NCBI RefSeq assembly: GCF_001194135.2
Contig: NC_068999.1
Span: forward strand, 51,981,315-52,045,314
Direction of reading: 5' to 3'
Length of the DNA: 64,000 bases
DNA from: Octopus bimaculoides
Lineage: Eukaryota
Shown here: one piece after another, positions 1 through 13,185 of the stretch
Numbering within the stretch: position 1 is the stretch's first letter
Layout of the letters: the number at the start of each line of letters is the position of its first letter
The notes under the pieces: model-generated
What the model saw: only the letters and a program-made list of their open reading frames with translations
Told to the model about the DNA's origin: nothing
Databases searched by the model: none
Made by a program: the position numbers and the translations under genes

Positions 1-724
1 AGTTATGGGGACATAAACACACCAGCAGCGGTAGCTGCCAGGCATTGGTGGAGTAAAGACACACAGATACAGATATATACACACGATGGGCTTCTTTTAG
101 TTTCCATCTATCAAATTCACTCCTAAGGCTCTGTTGGTCCAAGGCTATAGTAGAAGTCACTTGCCTAAGATGCTACACAGTGGGACTGAACACAAAACCA
201 TGTGGTTGGGAAGCAAGCTTCTTACCACACAGCCACACCTGTATCTATCCACAGTCATAGATATATCCATAGAATGTTTTTCCAAAAGTATTTTAGGAAT
301 TACAGCTACATTGTTTGGTCTTAATGCTGTTCTATTATGATTATATATTACAGCTAAAAGTCTCATTTCTCAGTGAAACTGCTGGCCTTGTGTCAAAATT
401 TGCAACCAATATTAAATTTCAAGTAAACAAAGAGAAAATATTAAAAAGTTTTCAAGATATTTCTTTTTCCTTTTCTGTCTTTTTTTTTTTTAAACATATA
501 TATTTCTACTCCATGGTAAACAAAGTGGACAATCAAATGTTCTGGAGTCCATTGTTAATAAAAGAAGAATAAACTTCCTTTCTATCAAATTTTATAGAGT
601 TGTATTAGACATGTCTGCACACCACAAAATAATAATTGTTTCTAGCATTGACACAAGGCTTGACATTGTGTGTGGTAGGCAAGTGGGGAGGGGAGAGTCA
701 AATTAATCTCAGAATAATAACAAC

Positions 725-1075
725 AACAATACCAACAGATGACTATGTTTCTCTAAAAGAAACAGAGAAACTTTCAAAATACAAAGATCTGGAAATAGAG
801 GTAACTCGAATGTGGAGTCTAAAAACAGAAACAGCTCCCATCATAATAGGCGCATTAGGTATGATAAAAAAATATTCAGACAAATACATAACAAAAACAC
901 CAGGACTTAATAATATATATAACATACAGAGAATAGCACTACTAGGCACCACACACATCCTACATAAAACACTTATATACAATAGAAATAAGAGCAGCAC
1001 AACAAACCACAGCACACAGAGTTGCACTCGATGGTGCAGTGAAAGCTCATGATAAAATAAGACTACTGAATATTA
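725..1075 (+). mobile_element. 5'-truncated non-LTR retrotransposon, C-terminal restriction-like endonuclease region (R4/Dong/NeSL-type)
   Basis: The translation IPTDDYVSLKETEKLSKYKDLEIEVTRMW...PIIIGALG...IQRIALLGTTHILHKTL fits the KE.EK..KY.DL and GALG / ALLGT motifs of RLE LINE ends. The element ends at (AAT)n. Confidence 0.75.
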
Positions 1076-3959
1076 GTAATAATAATAATCCTTTCTACTA
1101 AAGGAACAAGGCCTGAAATTTGGGGGAGGAAGTAAGTTGATTGCATCAACCCCTGTACTCAACTGGTCCTTATTTCATTGACCCTGAAAGGATGAAAGGC
1201 AAAGTCAACCTCAGCGGAATTTGAACTCAGAATATAAAGATAGACAAAATGTCACTAAGCATTTTGCCTGGCATGCTCATGATTCTGCCAGCTTACTGCC
1301 TTAATAATAATAATAATAATTCTCAGTAATAATGAGTTCTAACGTGTATCTATGAAAAAATTATTCATAGCTTAATTTTACCAAATATGGCATCAATATA
1401 CTGAGATTGGAGGAGAGGGGGAATCAGTTTAAATACCTTTTTAAAATTAAATTTTTTATATTTTATGAAAGTTATTAAAGCAATGTTATTATTATGTGCA
1501 ATTAGCTCATTATAGTAAACAATCTTATTTATAGATAGATCATTTAATGTAATTTATCTGTGTGTAAACAAAACAAATTTATCCTCCCAAAAAATGTGAT
1601 ATATACACATACAGAATTCAGTTTTTGAAAGTATAAAGTTTTGTTTTTTCTTTGTCCGTTAGTAATATGGAAGTATCAACTCCTTTAGACTATCAATTTC
1701 ACATTGTGTAACATACATCTAAATATTATAGAATGATTTTTCTTAGCTTTCTTAGAAATTCCCTTAAAGAATCTTTAAGTACCTTACCTTGTCAGTGCTT
1801 GTGTGTGTGTGTGTGTGTGTTTATGAGAGAGATGAGAAAGAGAAAGTGTATGCAATAAAAATAGGAGGGTGATTTCTCATTAAGAAGTAGCATGCTAATT
1901 TGATGTGATCAAAGAAATCTACCTGTCTACAAACTGTCTATAATCTTGTTTAGTACTAAATGAAGAGAGTTGGGGGTAGGAGAGATAACATGTTGGTCAT
2001 TGAAGAAATGTAATGTTTATCTGAGTAATGAGTTTGACTTTTTTGTGATTTTTGTTATCTGATAGTAAGTTTGTCACTGTTTACAAAAAAAAAAATTTTT
2101 AAAGCATACATTTGTATTGTTATAAATCAATTGGATGTTGTATTTCAGTTAACACAGATTGTTTTACATTGTAATTGTTTCCTTTCAAAATAATAATAAT
2201 AAAAGAGCAATTAAAATACTGATTTCTTTTGATCAGGCACAAGTGAAATTTTGTACAAGTAGAATATAGAGGATTGAATGTGACACAAATATATATATAT
2301 ATATANNNNNNNNNNNNNNNNNNNNNNNNNNNNNNNNNNNNNNNNNNNNNNNNNNNNNNNNNNNNNNNNNNNNNNNNNNNNNNNNNNNNNNNNNNNNNNN
2401 NNNNNNNNNNNNNNNNNNNNNNNNNNNNNNNNNNATATATAGTTGGTGCTTAATTTTTTGGACTTCAGAGAGGTAGAAGACAAAGTTGATTCATGCATAA
2501 TTTGAACTTGGAACAGTCATATTTTAAAATAGTTACATTCAATGTCCAATTTTCTTTTTCTTTTTAATATCTTCCTGACCAACAGCAGCTGAAATATTAT
2601 TACTATTATCAAGGATACTTGGCAAGATGTTACTACATAAATAAAAAGCATTAGATTTGCGAGCTTGATCAGATGTTTATAGTTTCAAGTCCAAATTTCA
2701 CCATGTTCAGCTTTGTTTTTTACTTCTTGTTTTGGTTAAAAATCATTGAGAGCAATTGTCTTTAAGTGTTAAGTTTGATATAATAGTAAAACTCCATTTT
2801 TCTCTTCAGCTAGCTGTTAGTAATATGGGAGTCTTGTGTTGCTTCAAACCTTGTATAATCAAAGCATACCTTCCCTTATAATCAATCAGCACAGTTAAAT
2901 TATGCGTTTGTCTGACAATGTTTAATCTCTTTTAGATGCAATTTATTTTATGCCATATTAGCAGCATGTGCATGTAATTGCTTCTTTCTGCAATAATTTA
3001 GTGATATATATTAGACATGTTGTTTGGACTGTGTCTACTGTAGGGGTGAACAGCTTGTAGATACTGGCAACAGAGCTGTTACTGTCTCTTGTTCATCAAT
3101 TCATTTGGTTTGATATTGTCACCATGGAATCCACATTTAAACTAAGACAAGTGAAACCCTGTCACCACTATCCAGCAAATGTAGATACAGTCCAAAGAGC
3201 ACCTTTAGCTTTTGTTGTGTTTCACTTTTGCAATAGCTTCTATGATCTGCAATTCATTAAATACATCTTCACTAATTCTGAGCTTTTTCAACTTTGTAAA
3301 CTTGTGTGTTTGTGTTAATAGATGAAAGCAGCTTAATTAATAATGTAGTCAGGAGATTACTGAGTTGAACCAACACATACACTATTTTATTATCTTGGAT
3401 CAGTGTAGTTTACTCAACATACCACGTTGTAATTTTAACTTAAGTATAACTACAAATCTCTGTAATGACTCATTCACAGTCCACTTCTTGTGCATATTTT
3501 ATATACTGTTCGTGCACATTTGTCTACTTTTCCTGATGAATTGTAGTGCACCGGAGCACTGTACACAATAAGTTCATTATATATGACTATGTGGTTAAGA
3601 AGTTTGCTTCATAACAACATGGTTTGGGATTTTGTTCCATGTTGCACCTCAGGTGTCATCTACTATTGCATCAGATTGACTAATTCCATGAGGAGGAATA
3701 TTGTAGATGAAAGGTGCAAGGTGCCTATTATATATGTATGCATATACACAAATGTGCATCACATATATTCCGTGTTCATCACTGCTGGGGCAAAGCATTG
3801 CTAATGTTGACATTATTGTTAGTTGCTATGTTGTTCAAACATCTGTGAAATAAAAATATCTCTCACTAGAAAAACAAGTAAGAATTGGCAACAAGAACAG
3901 CATCTAGCCATAAAATGCTACCTCAAATAAATCACCATGCTAGCATGGAAAAGTATAAG

Positions 3960-4172
3960 TACAAGGGAGTGCTGAAAAGTTGCTGGCTTTTAGGGTATTG
4001 CAAAAGGCCTAGTCGGATGCCCAACCTTCCGAGTTCTTTAACAAGGCCTAGAAAAACTGAAGGACCAAATGTGTGATTATCAGAGGGGAATATGTTAAAT
4101 AAAATCATAATTAACTGATTCTCCTATATTTTCGTTTACCCAAAGCCAGGAACTTTTCAACACCCCCTTGTA
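3960..4172. mobile_element. Mariner-type MITE
   Basis: The ~28-bp TIRs are TAcaagggagtgctgaaaagttgctggctt and aagccaggaacttttcaacacccccttgTA, with TA ends. An internal remnant (GLEKLK...C...GEY) resembles the mariner C-terminus. Confidence 0.8.
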
Positions 4173-4321
4173 AAACACTGATGAACAAAATAGATACATT
4201 TCCCTCTTGTTGATTAGGAATGATTGATATTAAGAAAACTGTCCATCTGTAATGATATTTGTATTGAGAACACCTCAAACTGGTGTTTATCTATCTACCT
4301 ATCTAAATAAATATATATAAT

Positions 4322-4423
4322 TATAAATAAGGGCAAAAAGAAAATATTTTCTTTGCCAATATGCTGAAAAATATTTTCCAGCATATTGACAAAGACATTA
4401 TTTCCTTTTTGCCCTTATTTATA
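4322..4423. repeat. 102-nt near-perfect palindrome
   Basis: The 45-nt arms have 4 mismatches and surround a self-complementary centre (aaaatatttt). Confidence 0.9.
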
Positions 4424-4822
4424 GTTGTATTCATAATTTTCACCTTAAAAGGTGTTTTTCATATGCTGGCGGCCACTGATGAAATTTTTTAATAAAATTT
4501 TATCCTTATATTAGAAGTATATTTATATACACACACACACATAAATACATACACATACATCTTAACGAACTATTGTTAAGTTTGCATTATCTAGTGAGGA
4601 ATTTACATATAAATGCTAGGTTTTTTATGAGACCCTTTCCATCGGAATGTCTTAGTCGTGTAGGTTTCAAGTACTACATCACCACAGTTTCTATGTGATC
4701 AAGTTTACAGTTTGAAAATATTTTTTTAATTTTTTTCCAAAGTGGAATATTTCAAGCAATATTTTATAAAATGAAATACATGTATTCCTTTTGGATGCCA
4801 TAGTAAGTCTGTTTGTTCTAAA

Positions 4823-4854
<32 letters not shown>

Positions 4855-5180
4855 TGATGATGTTGAACTCTTTCTACTTAGTCTACAACTACTACAATAG
4901 CCTTTGCCTCTCTGAACTAGTTAGCTTTGTGCCCACCTCCATCTGACACACTCATCTCTTTTCTTCTCATTATGCCCATTGTCACACTCTAACCAGAGGT
5001 CACATAGTTAATAACTTTCACAATCCTTTCTTCTCCAAAGCATCAAGTTGAACATCAACCATATCAGTCTTACTAGTTTTAGAGGCTCTGCAAAAGTCAC
5101 AGTCACTGACGCTACCTTTTAATTAAACCATGATTTTATGTCTGTGTATAACATATGAAAGAAATTTAAAACTATTATTT

Positions 5181-5236
<56 letters not shown>

Positions 5237-5244
5237 ATAATGTT

Positions 5245-5748
5245 CACAGGCATGGCTATGTAGTTTAGCAGTTTGCTTTGCAACCAAGTAGTTTGGGGTT
5301 CAGTCGCATAGTGCAGCACCTTGGGTGTATATATATATATATATATATTGATTACCAACATCGCCTTCCTGGCACTTGGACACGTAAAAAGACATTCAAG
5401 CGAGTTCGTTGCCAGTGCCCCTGGACTGGCTCCTGTGCAAGTGGCATGTAAAATACACCAGTTTGAGCTTGGCCGTTGCCAGTACCTCCTGACTGGCCTT
5501 CGTGCCGGTGGCACGTAAAAGCACCCACTACACTCTGAGTGGTTGGCATTAGGAAGGGCATCCAGCTGTAGAAACTCTGCCAAATCAGATTGGAGCCTGG
5601 NNNNNNNNNNAGGGCATCCAGCTGTAGAAACTCTGCCAAATCAGATTGGAGCCTGGTGTAGCCATCTGGTTCACCAGTCCTCAGTCAAATCGTCCAATCC
5701 ATGCTCGCATGGAAAGCGGACATTAAACGATGATGATGATGATGATGA
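5245..5748 (+). mobile_element. SINE with an RTE-like tail ending in (GAT)n (family B here)
   Basis: The tail is ...ttaggaagggcatccagctgtagaaactctgcc...catggaaagcggacattaaac(gat)n. Other copies are at about 22231-22480(-), 26365-26528, 45640-45790(-), 51087-51235(-), 54225-54545(-) and 63636-63896(-). Confidence 0.8.
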
Positions 5749-7473
5749 TCAACCAGATTATTTAATGTTATAAATTGCTGGTCACAATGCACTTTGCATC
5801 ATGTAGCTTTCAAATGATTCTACTCCACTGGCTGGGAGTGCAAGCCATATTTATACACACACAGACAGTGAGAGAGAGAGATGTGGGTCTGCATCAGTAT
5901 TTATATATTCCACCTGTAAATTATTTGGCCTTGTGCCAATGTTAGAAAAAATTACTATTATCATTATTATGATTATTAAGGTAGTGAATTGGTAAGATAA
6001 AAGTTGTCAGAAAAATTATGTTCTGAGTTCAAATCCCGTTAAGGTTATCTTTGTCTTTCATCCTTTCAGGGCTGATAAAAGAAATTACCAGCTCATGTAC
6101 TGGGGTCAATATATTAACTAACCCCTCTCCCTAACATTTCAGACTGTGTGCCTATTTTGGAAACTATTATTAAATAGAGCATTAGAAACAAAAATCTCTT
6201 GCATTACATAGTTACTTCCCTTGATGTTCTGATTTCAAATTCCACTGAGATCAACTTTGTCTTTCCTCCTTCCAGGGACTCATAAAATGAGTAGCAGTCG
6301 AGTATTGGGGATGATACTGTCAACTATGTTCTCCCTCCCCCATGAATGTTTTCCCCTTATGCCTATATGTGAAATAAATCATACACAAGCATGGCTGTAT
6401 GGTTGAGAAGGTTGATTCCCAGTCTTGTGGTCTTTGGTTCAGTACCATTGCTAGACATTTTAGGCCAGTGTCTTCTACTATAGCCTCATGCTGACCAAAG
6501 CCTTGGAAGTGGATTTGGTAGACGGAAACTGAAAGATACTCATCATATATGCATGTATGTATGTGTGTACCTTTATCAAGACATTGTGTTGGTTTAAATG
6601 AGCATCGCCATCATACGAGCAAGAGTGTTCATTTTCAGTCTTCCACATAATGTGTCTGGCCATGGGGAAATATCACCTGGCTTGTAAGCAGGTGAGGGTT
6701 GGCAATAGGAAGGGCATCCAACTGTAGAAAATTTCCTCTTGATAAATTCCATTTCACCCATGCAAGCATGGAAAACTGGATGTTAAAACAACGATGGTGA
6801 TGACACCTTCCATATCCTCATTGTTACTATCATGCCTTCCACTTCTTATCGATCACCACCACCACCACTCTCCTTTCCGTCGCCTTCTCAGCATGCTGTA
6901 ATTATATATTTCCATGTAATTGTAGCAAAATAAAATAATGCTGTTTTCAGAGTTTGCAGAATCTGTGTTAAGTGTGGAATCTAAATTTAATTGAATGAGC
7001 TTCAATAAAATTTGTTTATTCAGACTTACCAAAATAGGAAATGCTGTTCAATATTTTGTTAGGTGGTCTAGCTAGAATTTGATCTCTCTCTCATTATATA
7101 CATATATATCATTTTCACATCTGCTTTCCATGCTCACTGCTCACACACACACACATACATATATATATATAATATGTATATATAGGAAAATGAAAAATAA
7201 TAATAAGGTAGAATGCTAAACTGGAAGCATATTTTAATAAAGATATCTAACCGGCTTTCATTGTGAAGCAAATTTTCAAGAGGAAGATGAATGAAAATGT
7301 TTTTTACAAAGAAGTACAAAATGAAGAAAATAATATATAAAAAAGATTTATATAAAAAAATAAATATACCAATACATTATATTGTCTTTGAGCTTTTGAA
7401 GTTCAATGGTAATTCATGTATATAATGGATGGAAAAATAAGGATGCATGAGAATTGAGATTTGTGTTAGGTTT

Positions 7474-7662
7474 AAAAAAAGTGCTAAAAGTTTGTTAAGC
7501 AGGAAGTGTGGTGTCAAAACAGGAAGTGTGTGTAAGAGGAGACAAATGTTTTTAGTTGGAGTTATGAACTCTTTTTCAACAGGAAGTTTTGTCTCCCCTT
7601 ACACACACTTCCTGTTTTGACACCACACTTCCTGCTTAACACAAACTTTTAGTACTTTTTTT
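7474..7662. mobile_element. MITE-like element with ~72-bp TIRs
   Basis: Arm 7474-7546 is the reverse complement of 7588-7662 apart from 2 substitutions and a 2-nt indel. The element contains five CAGGAAGT motifs. Its right end abuts a gap. Confidence 0.8.
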
Positions 7663-7996
7663 ANNNNNNNNNNNNNNNNNNNNNNNNNNNNNNNNNNNNN
7701 NNNNNNNNNNNNNNNNNNNNNNNNNNNNNNNNNNNNNNNNNNNNNNNNNNNNNNNNNNNNNNNNNNNNNNNNNNNNNNNNNNNNNNNNNNNNNNNNNNNN
7801 NNNNNNNNNNNNNNNNNNNNNNNNNNNNNNNNNNNNNNNNNNNNNNNNNNNNNNNNNNNNNNNNNNNNNNNNNNNNNNNNNNNNNNNNNNNNNNNNNNNN
7901 NNNNNNNNNNNNNNNNNNNNNNNNNNNNNNNNNNNNNNNNNNNNNNNNNNNNNNNNNNNNNNNNNNNNNNNNNNNNNNNNNNNNNNNNNNNNNNNN

Positions 7997-8033
<37 letters not shown>

Positions 8034-10724
8034 CACAGTGCCACAAAATTGATTTATTTGTCCCCAACACAGATAAACTTCAGTCTAAAGAGGTGGAGCC
8101 ATAGAAATTGCCTGTGACTTACATATTGACTTTTTTCATTTGGCCTTCCAGCCAAATTAGCATATTGACATTGTGATTTTCTCATATATCATGGTTTTGT
8201 TGTGTTGTTTGAAATGAAATAGAAAAAGTTTCTCTCTCAAACTATCCATATTGGTAATTCCTTGCAACTACTGAAAATCTGGCTTGTGAATGAGGAAGTA
8301 CGTTTTTTTTTTTTGTTTGTTTGTTTTTTGTTTTTTTTTTGTAATGCTGGTCAGGTAGCAAGAGAATGGTTTGTCAGTGTTAACTTATTTTGCAGTATCT
8401 GATATGGACATGATTCATTACAATATCTACACATCTGTCCACTTGTTCTTAACTCCTTTTCATTCCTCTTATATCATGTCACCCCCTCCCCCATTTCTTT
8501 GAATCGTTGGTGGAACCATGATGTTCTGATAATCTGATGAACTAGCTTTCTTTATTTGCATTGGTTTGTGAATATACAATTGTATAATGCATAACATGCA
8601 TATTAATGCAAAACATCTAAACATCATTTCTTTTACACTGAAATTATTACTACATGAAGAGGGTTGTGAAACAGCTGTAATCATAAGGATGTCAAATGGT
8701 TAAATATATTCATCTCTCATACCACTATATATATATAGTGGTACATAAAAGCAACAACACTGTCCCAGTTGCAGGAGCATTACTGCATTCTATAATTTTG
8801 TTTTTTTAATTTTCTCATGGCCTACACATATCTTACATATAAAACAATATCTTTGAGTATTCCTCCAACCACATTTCCATCATTGGCAATGCTGATATAA
8901 ACAAAAACTACAGATATCTTGGCACAAGTTATTATCTAATATTTAGAAAATATCCAAAGCACTATTTTTAGTGCCAGGATTAGCAAATTTCTAGAAAACA
9001 AAATAAAAAACTTTTCTAAAATCTTTGAACTTCTACAAAACTAACATTTATGTTTTTATTTCCTTTTTTTTTTTTTTTTTTTTGTAAATATTAGTCATAC
9101 TATATATTGAAATGTTTTATGTGGTGACAATTATTGAAATACCCATAAGGAAAGTATATTTCATTAATAAGTGTGTTAATATTTGAATTTATTGACATTA
9201 ATTAGTATCTGAGTTTGAACTAACTGAATTTATTTCATTCCATTTCATTGTTGAGTTAATGTAGTCAAAATCATTACTTGGTTGAATCTCATCGAGATGT
9301 TTCATGCTTTTATGGCAATACATAAAAAACGCATTGCACTTCTAAGAATCGATCAATCGGTTTGTGTCAAGATAGAATAGTCAACTTGTCTGTTGCATTT
9401 AATATAAAGGTTAAAATATAATTTTCCAATTGACAAACTGTTACTACCTTTTCAAAATATCAAATGCACCTCTAAAACTCTGTATGTTTTCCCATAAATG
9501 TTACTCACCTGTCCCTTTTATCTTTGCCTTTGCTGAATTACCAATATTATTCTCATTATTTTGTGAAAATTGACAATATATTTTTATGGGTGGTAAAATG
9601 GGCAGAGTCAGTGGAGCATTAGATGAAATACCTTATGGCATTTATTCCAGCATTCAGAGTTCAAATCCTGCCTATGTCAATTTGCCTTTCATCCTTTCAG
9701 GGTTGAAAAAATTAACAGTTTAGGGCAGGCAGATTCATTACAGTGTCTGACTGAATCACTTGTGCTTTCAGCTCCAACTTTTTACATTCTGAGTTCAAAT
9801 CCCACCAAGGTCGATTTTACTTTCCATCCTGGAAGAATGGGAAAAATAAGTACCACTCTAGGACTAATAGACTGGTAGAATTGATAGAGCATCAGACAGT
9901 AAGGCTTGCAGTATTTATTCTGATTCATTGCATTTTAAGTTCGAAACCTGCCATGGGTTGGTCCTTGGATACCTTTAGCAGAGTCTACTGTTGTAAACAT
10001 TTGGGCCAGTTCTCTAGTTTGAGGATACCTTCCTCTTCCTCTCTCTTTTCCTAGTCTGAGAGGTTCTAAAAAGAGTCATGGGCACTGCCTTTCCTCCCTA
10101 TCTAAATGATAAAAAATAAAATCTTGTTCACAAAATTCTGGGTATATATCGAATTATCTTAATCAACCATGAATTTAATATTTGCTTGATCAAATTATAA
10201 ATTCCTCTCTGTCTCTCATATGTATATAGTATACACACATTTCCTGGATTACACTACTTTCTGTCTGTCATCCATCCCTCTATCCTCTTTTCTTGTTGTC
10301 CTAAATATACAGATAAACCTCAGAATACTGATCCCCCCCATCACTATTACTCACCACCACCACCCACTCCTATCGTACAATCTTCTTCTCACTATCATTC
10401 ATTCTTGCCTCACACCTTGTAAAAGAAACTAGTAACAAGGTCATGAGATCTGTTTAGTCTTGTCAAGGACCATAGCACCTCTCTGGTGCCTGTGCTACAA
10501 AAAAAAAATGCATCCAGTACACTCTATAAAGTGATTAGTGTTAAGGGCATTGAGCCCTGGAAACCAAGCTAAAAATGAAATGTGAGCAATATGCAATCCT
10601 TCGCACTTGTCTAGATGTGCGCAGGGCCCCTGAATAAGTGCTGACCCTGAATGTGGTTGACACTTTCCATGTTTGGAAAGCAAATATAAAATGATGCTGG
10701 TGTGTGTGTGTGTGTGTGTGTATT

Positions 10725-10913
10725 CTATTTGTTTCAGTCAGCCATGCTGGAGCACCACCTTAAAGGGTTTTAGTCAAGGAAATCAACTCCAAGACTTATT
10801 CTTTGTAAGTCGAGTACTTATTCTATTGGACTGTTTTGCTGAACTGCTAAGTTACAGGGACATAAACACACCAGCATCGGTTTTCAAGTGATGGTAGGGG
10901 GCAAACACACGCG

Positions 10914-10946
<33 letters not shown>

Positions 10947-11147
10947 ACACACACACACACACATGTATGTATAATGTGTGTGTGTGTGTGTGATGGGCTC
11001 CTTCCAGTTTCCATCCACTAGATTCACTCACATGGCTTTGGTCAACCCAAGGCTATAGTAGAAGACACTTGCCCAAGGTGTCACACAGTGGGACTGAACC
11101 CAGAACCATGTGGTTGAAAAGCAAGCTTCTTATCACACAGCCACATT
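10725..11147 (-). mobile_element. tRNA-headed SINE (family C here), near full length
   Basis: It has the head ...ggttcagtcccactgtgtgacaccttgggcaagtgtcttctactatagcc... and the tail ...gtgctccagcatggctgactgaaac. Other copies are at about 1-240(-), 6385-6540, 16061-16412, 18370-18535(-), 27790-28060, 31300-31465(-), 49237-49760 and 53870-54047(-). Confidence 0.8.
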
Positions 11148-13151
11148 TGCACCTATATTTATATAGATGTGTGTGTGTGTGTGTACTTATGTATATCTTT
11201 TCTATCTCTTCTCCCCTCTCTCTCTCTCTCTCTCTCTCCTCTTTCTCTCATTAAAACTTTTACTGCATTTCATATTTAATCATTGAAACCTCTTAGTATA
11301 GTCTAAATCCTTTCCTTATTGTCATCGTTCCTTCCATACGTTCTCTAAGCTATACAGATATTAAAATCATCTCATCTCATCTACACATATGCAAACCATT
11401 CCTTTGAAGGATTATTGATTTATAATTAACTTATTATTACTGAAAATTATTTTGATTTATCTTTTTTTTTTATTTGATTATTCATTTATCTTTTTTTTAA
11501 TCTATCTTGATGTATAGAATTATTTTGCGTATTCAAAGAGTGTGTCAGTAATTTTACGAGACCAGTCTGAACTAAACCATCCACTTCTCACTCAGTGAAA
11601 ACTCTTTGATCATGATCGTTAATAAGTTATGTCTGCCCTCAGCCTCTTCTGCCATTTCTATAATTTTGTAACTGCTACCCTTATCCAAATTCTCACTCAG
11701 AAACTATCTGTAATGCATGCTTTTTTTTTTTTTTTTCTTCAACCACGCTGACTCTTTTTTTCTTGTTGTGTCTGTCTTGAGATCACTTGCTCCCTCCCTT
11801 CTTCCCTCCCCTGCTTGTGTTATCCTTCCAGTTTGTCATCTTTAACAGCTCAAATGCAACACTAACTGCACTGACTTCTTATGCCAAAATTCTTACATTA
11901 GCTTTCTATGGATTAGCAAATATAAAAGAAAAAAATAGTGNNNNNNNNNNNNNNNNNNNNNNNNNNNNNNNNNNNNNNNNNNNNNNNNNNNNNNNNNNNN
12001 NNNNNNNNNNNNNNNNNNNNNNNNNNNNNNNNNNNNNNNNNNNNNNNNNNNNNNNNNNNNNNNNNNNNNNNNNNNNNNNNNNNNNNNNNNNNNNNNNNNN
12101 NNNNNNNNNNNNNNNNNNNNNNNNNNNNNNNNNNNNNNNNNNNNNNNNNNNNNNNNNNNNNNNNNNNNNNNNNNNNNNNNNNNNNNNNNNNNNNNNNNNN
12201 NNNNNNNNNNNNNNNNNNNNNNNNNNNNNNNNNNNNNNNNNNNNNNNNNNNNNNNNNNNNNNNNNNNNNNNNNNNNNNNNNNNNNNNNNNNNNNNNNNNN
12301 NNNNNNNNNNNNNNNNNNNNNNNNNNNNNNNNNNNNNNNNNNNNNNNNNNNNNNNNNNNNNNNNNNNNNNNNNNNNNNNNNNNNNNNNNNNNNNNNNNNN
12401 NNNNNNNNNNNNNNNNNNNNNNNNNNNNNNNNNNNNNNNNNNNNNNNNNNNNNNNNNNNNNNNNNNNNNNNNNNNNNNNNNNNNNNNNNNNNNNNNNNNN
12501 NNNNNNNNNNNNNNNNNNNNNNNNNNNNNNNNNNNNNNNNNNNNNNNNNNNNNNNNNNNNNNNNNNNNNNNNNNNNNNNNNNNNNNNNNNNNNNNNNNNN
12601 NNNNNNNNNNNNNNNNNNNNNNNNTGTGTTTTTTTTTTGTTTATCATTTTGGATGCTTTGTTGTTTTTGCTTTTGTGAGGCACAGTGCTTTCTTTTAATT
12701 TTTTTTTTTTTTTCTCTTCTTAGAAAATCTGGTAATTGTATAAAAATCCTATATAACTTAAGATGCCTGTTGTTGTTATTGTTGTTGTTGATGATGATGT
12801 CAAATAAAACATCAACTTTCTTTTCTTTTAGAACTATATATATTTTTCTTTTTGTCTGTGTGTCCGGAATGTCACCAGTCTTGAACTCAAACAGGTTTGG
12901 ACCAGAAATTATCTTGTTTAGTTTTTTTTTTTAAACTTCTTGCATAATTATGTTTAATTGATCTATTTTCTCATTTATGTTAATTGGTCTATTTCTCTTG
13001 GGAATGTTTTGTTTTTGGCTTTCAGTGATCCTAATTAAAGACAAAAGAAAAAAGAAAAATCTTAGCCTTGAGCCATTCTTTTGTCTTAAACTTTATTTCA
13101 GTAAAATTAGTGCATCTTGTATGATCTAATTCACTAAGAAATTTCTTTTAG

Positions 13152-13185
<34 letters not shown>

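Noticed and set aside
2810-2852. Acceptor followed by MGVLCCFKP (myristoylation/palmitoylation-like start)
   Set aside because: The donor is weak, the frame is short and no linked exons were found.
3533-3585. CTGATGA followed by a GTGC/GCAC hairpin
   Set aside because: There is no GAAA box or stem III, so it is not called a hammerhead.
5179-5773. ORFs such as MAEFLQLDALPNANHSE (also 22304-22594 and 54289-54721)
   Set aside because: They are recurrent translations of the family-B SINE, not genes.
11787-12698. Long ORFs in the track spanning N runs (also 7.6-8.0, 21.8-22.3, 27.1-27.8, 29.3-30.5 and 46.9-48.2 kb)
   Set aside because: They are open only because Ns contain no stops.
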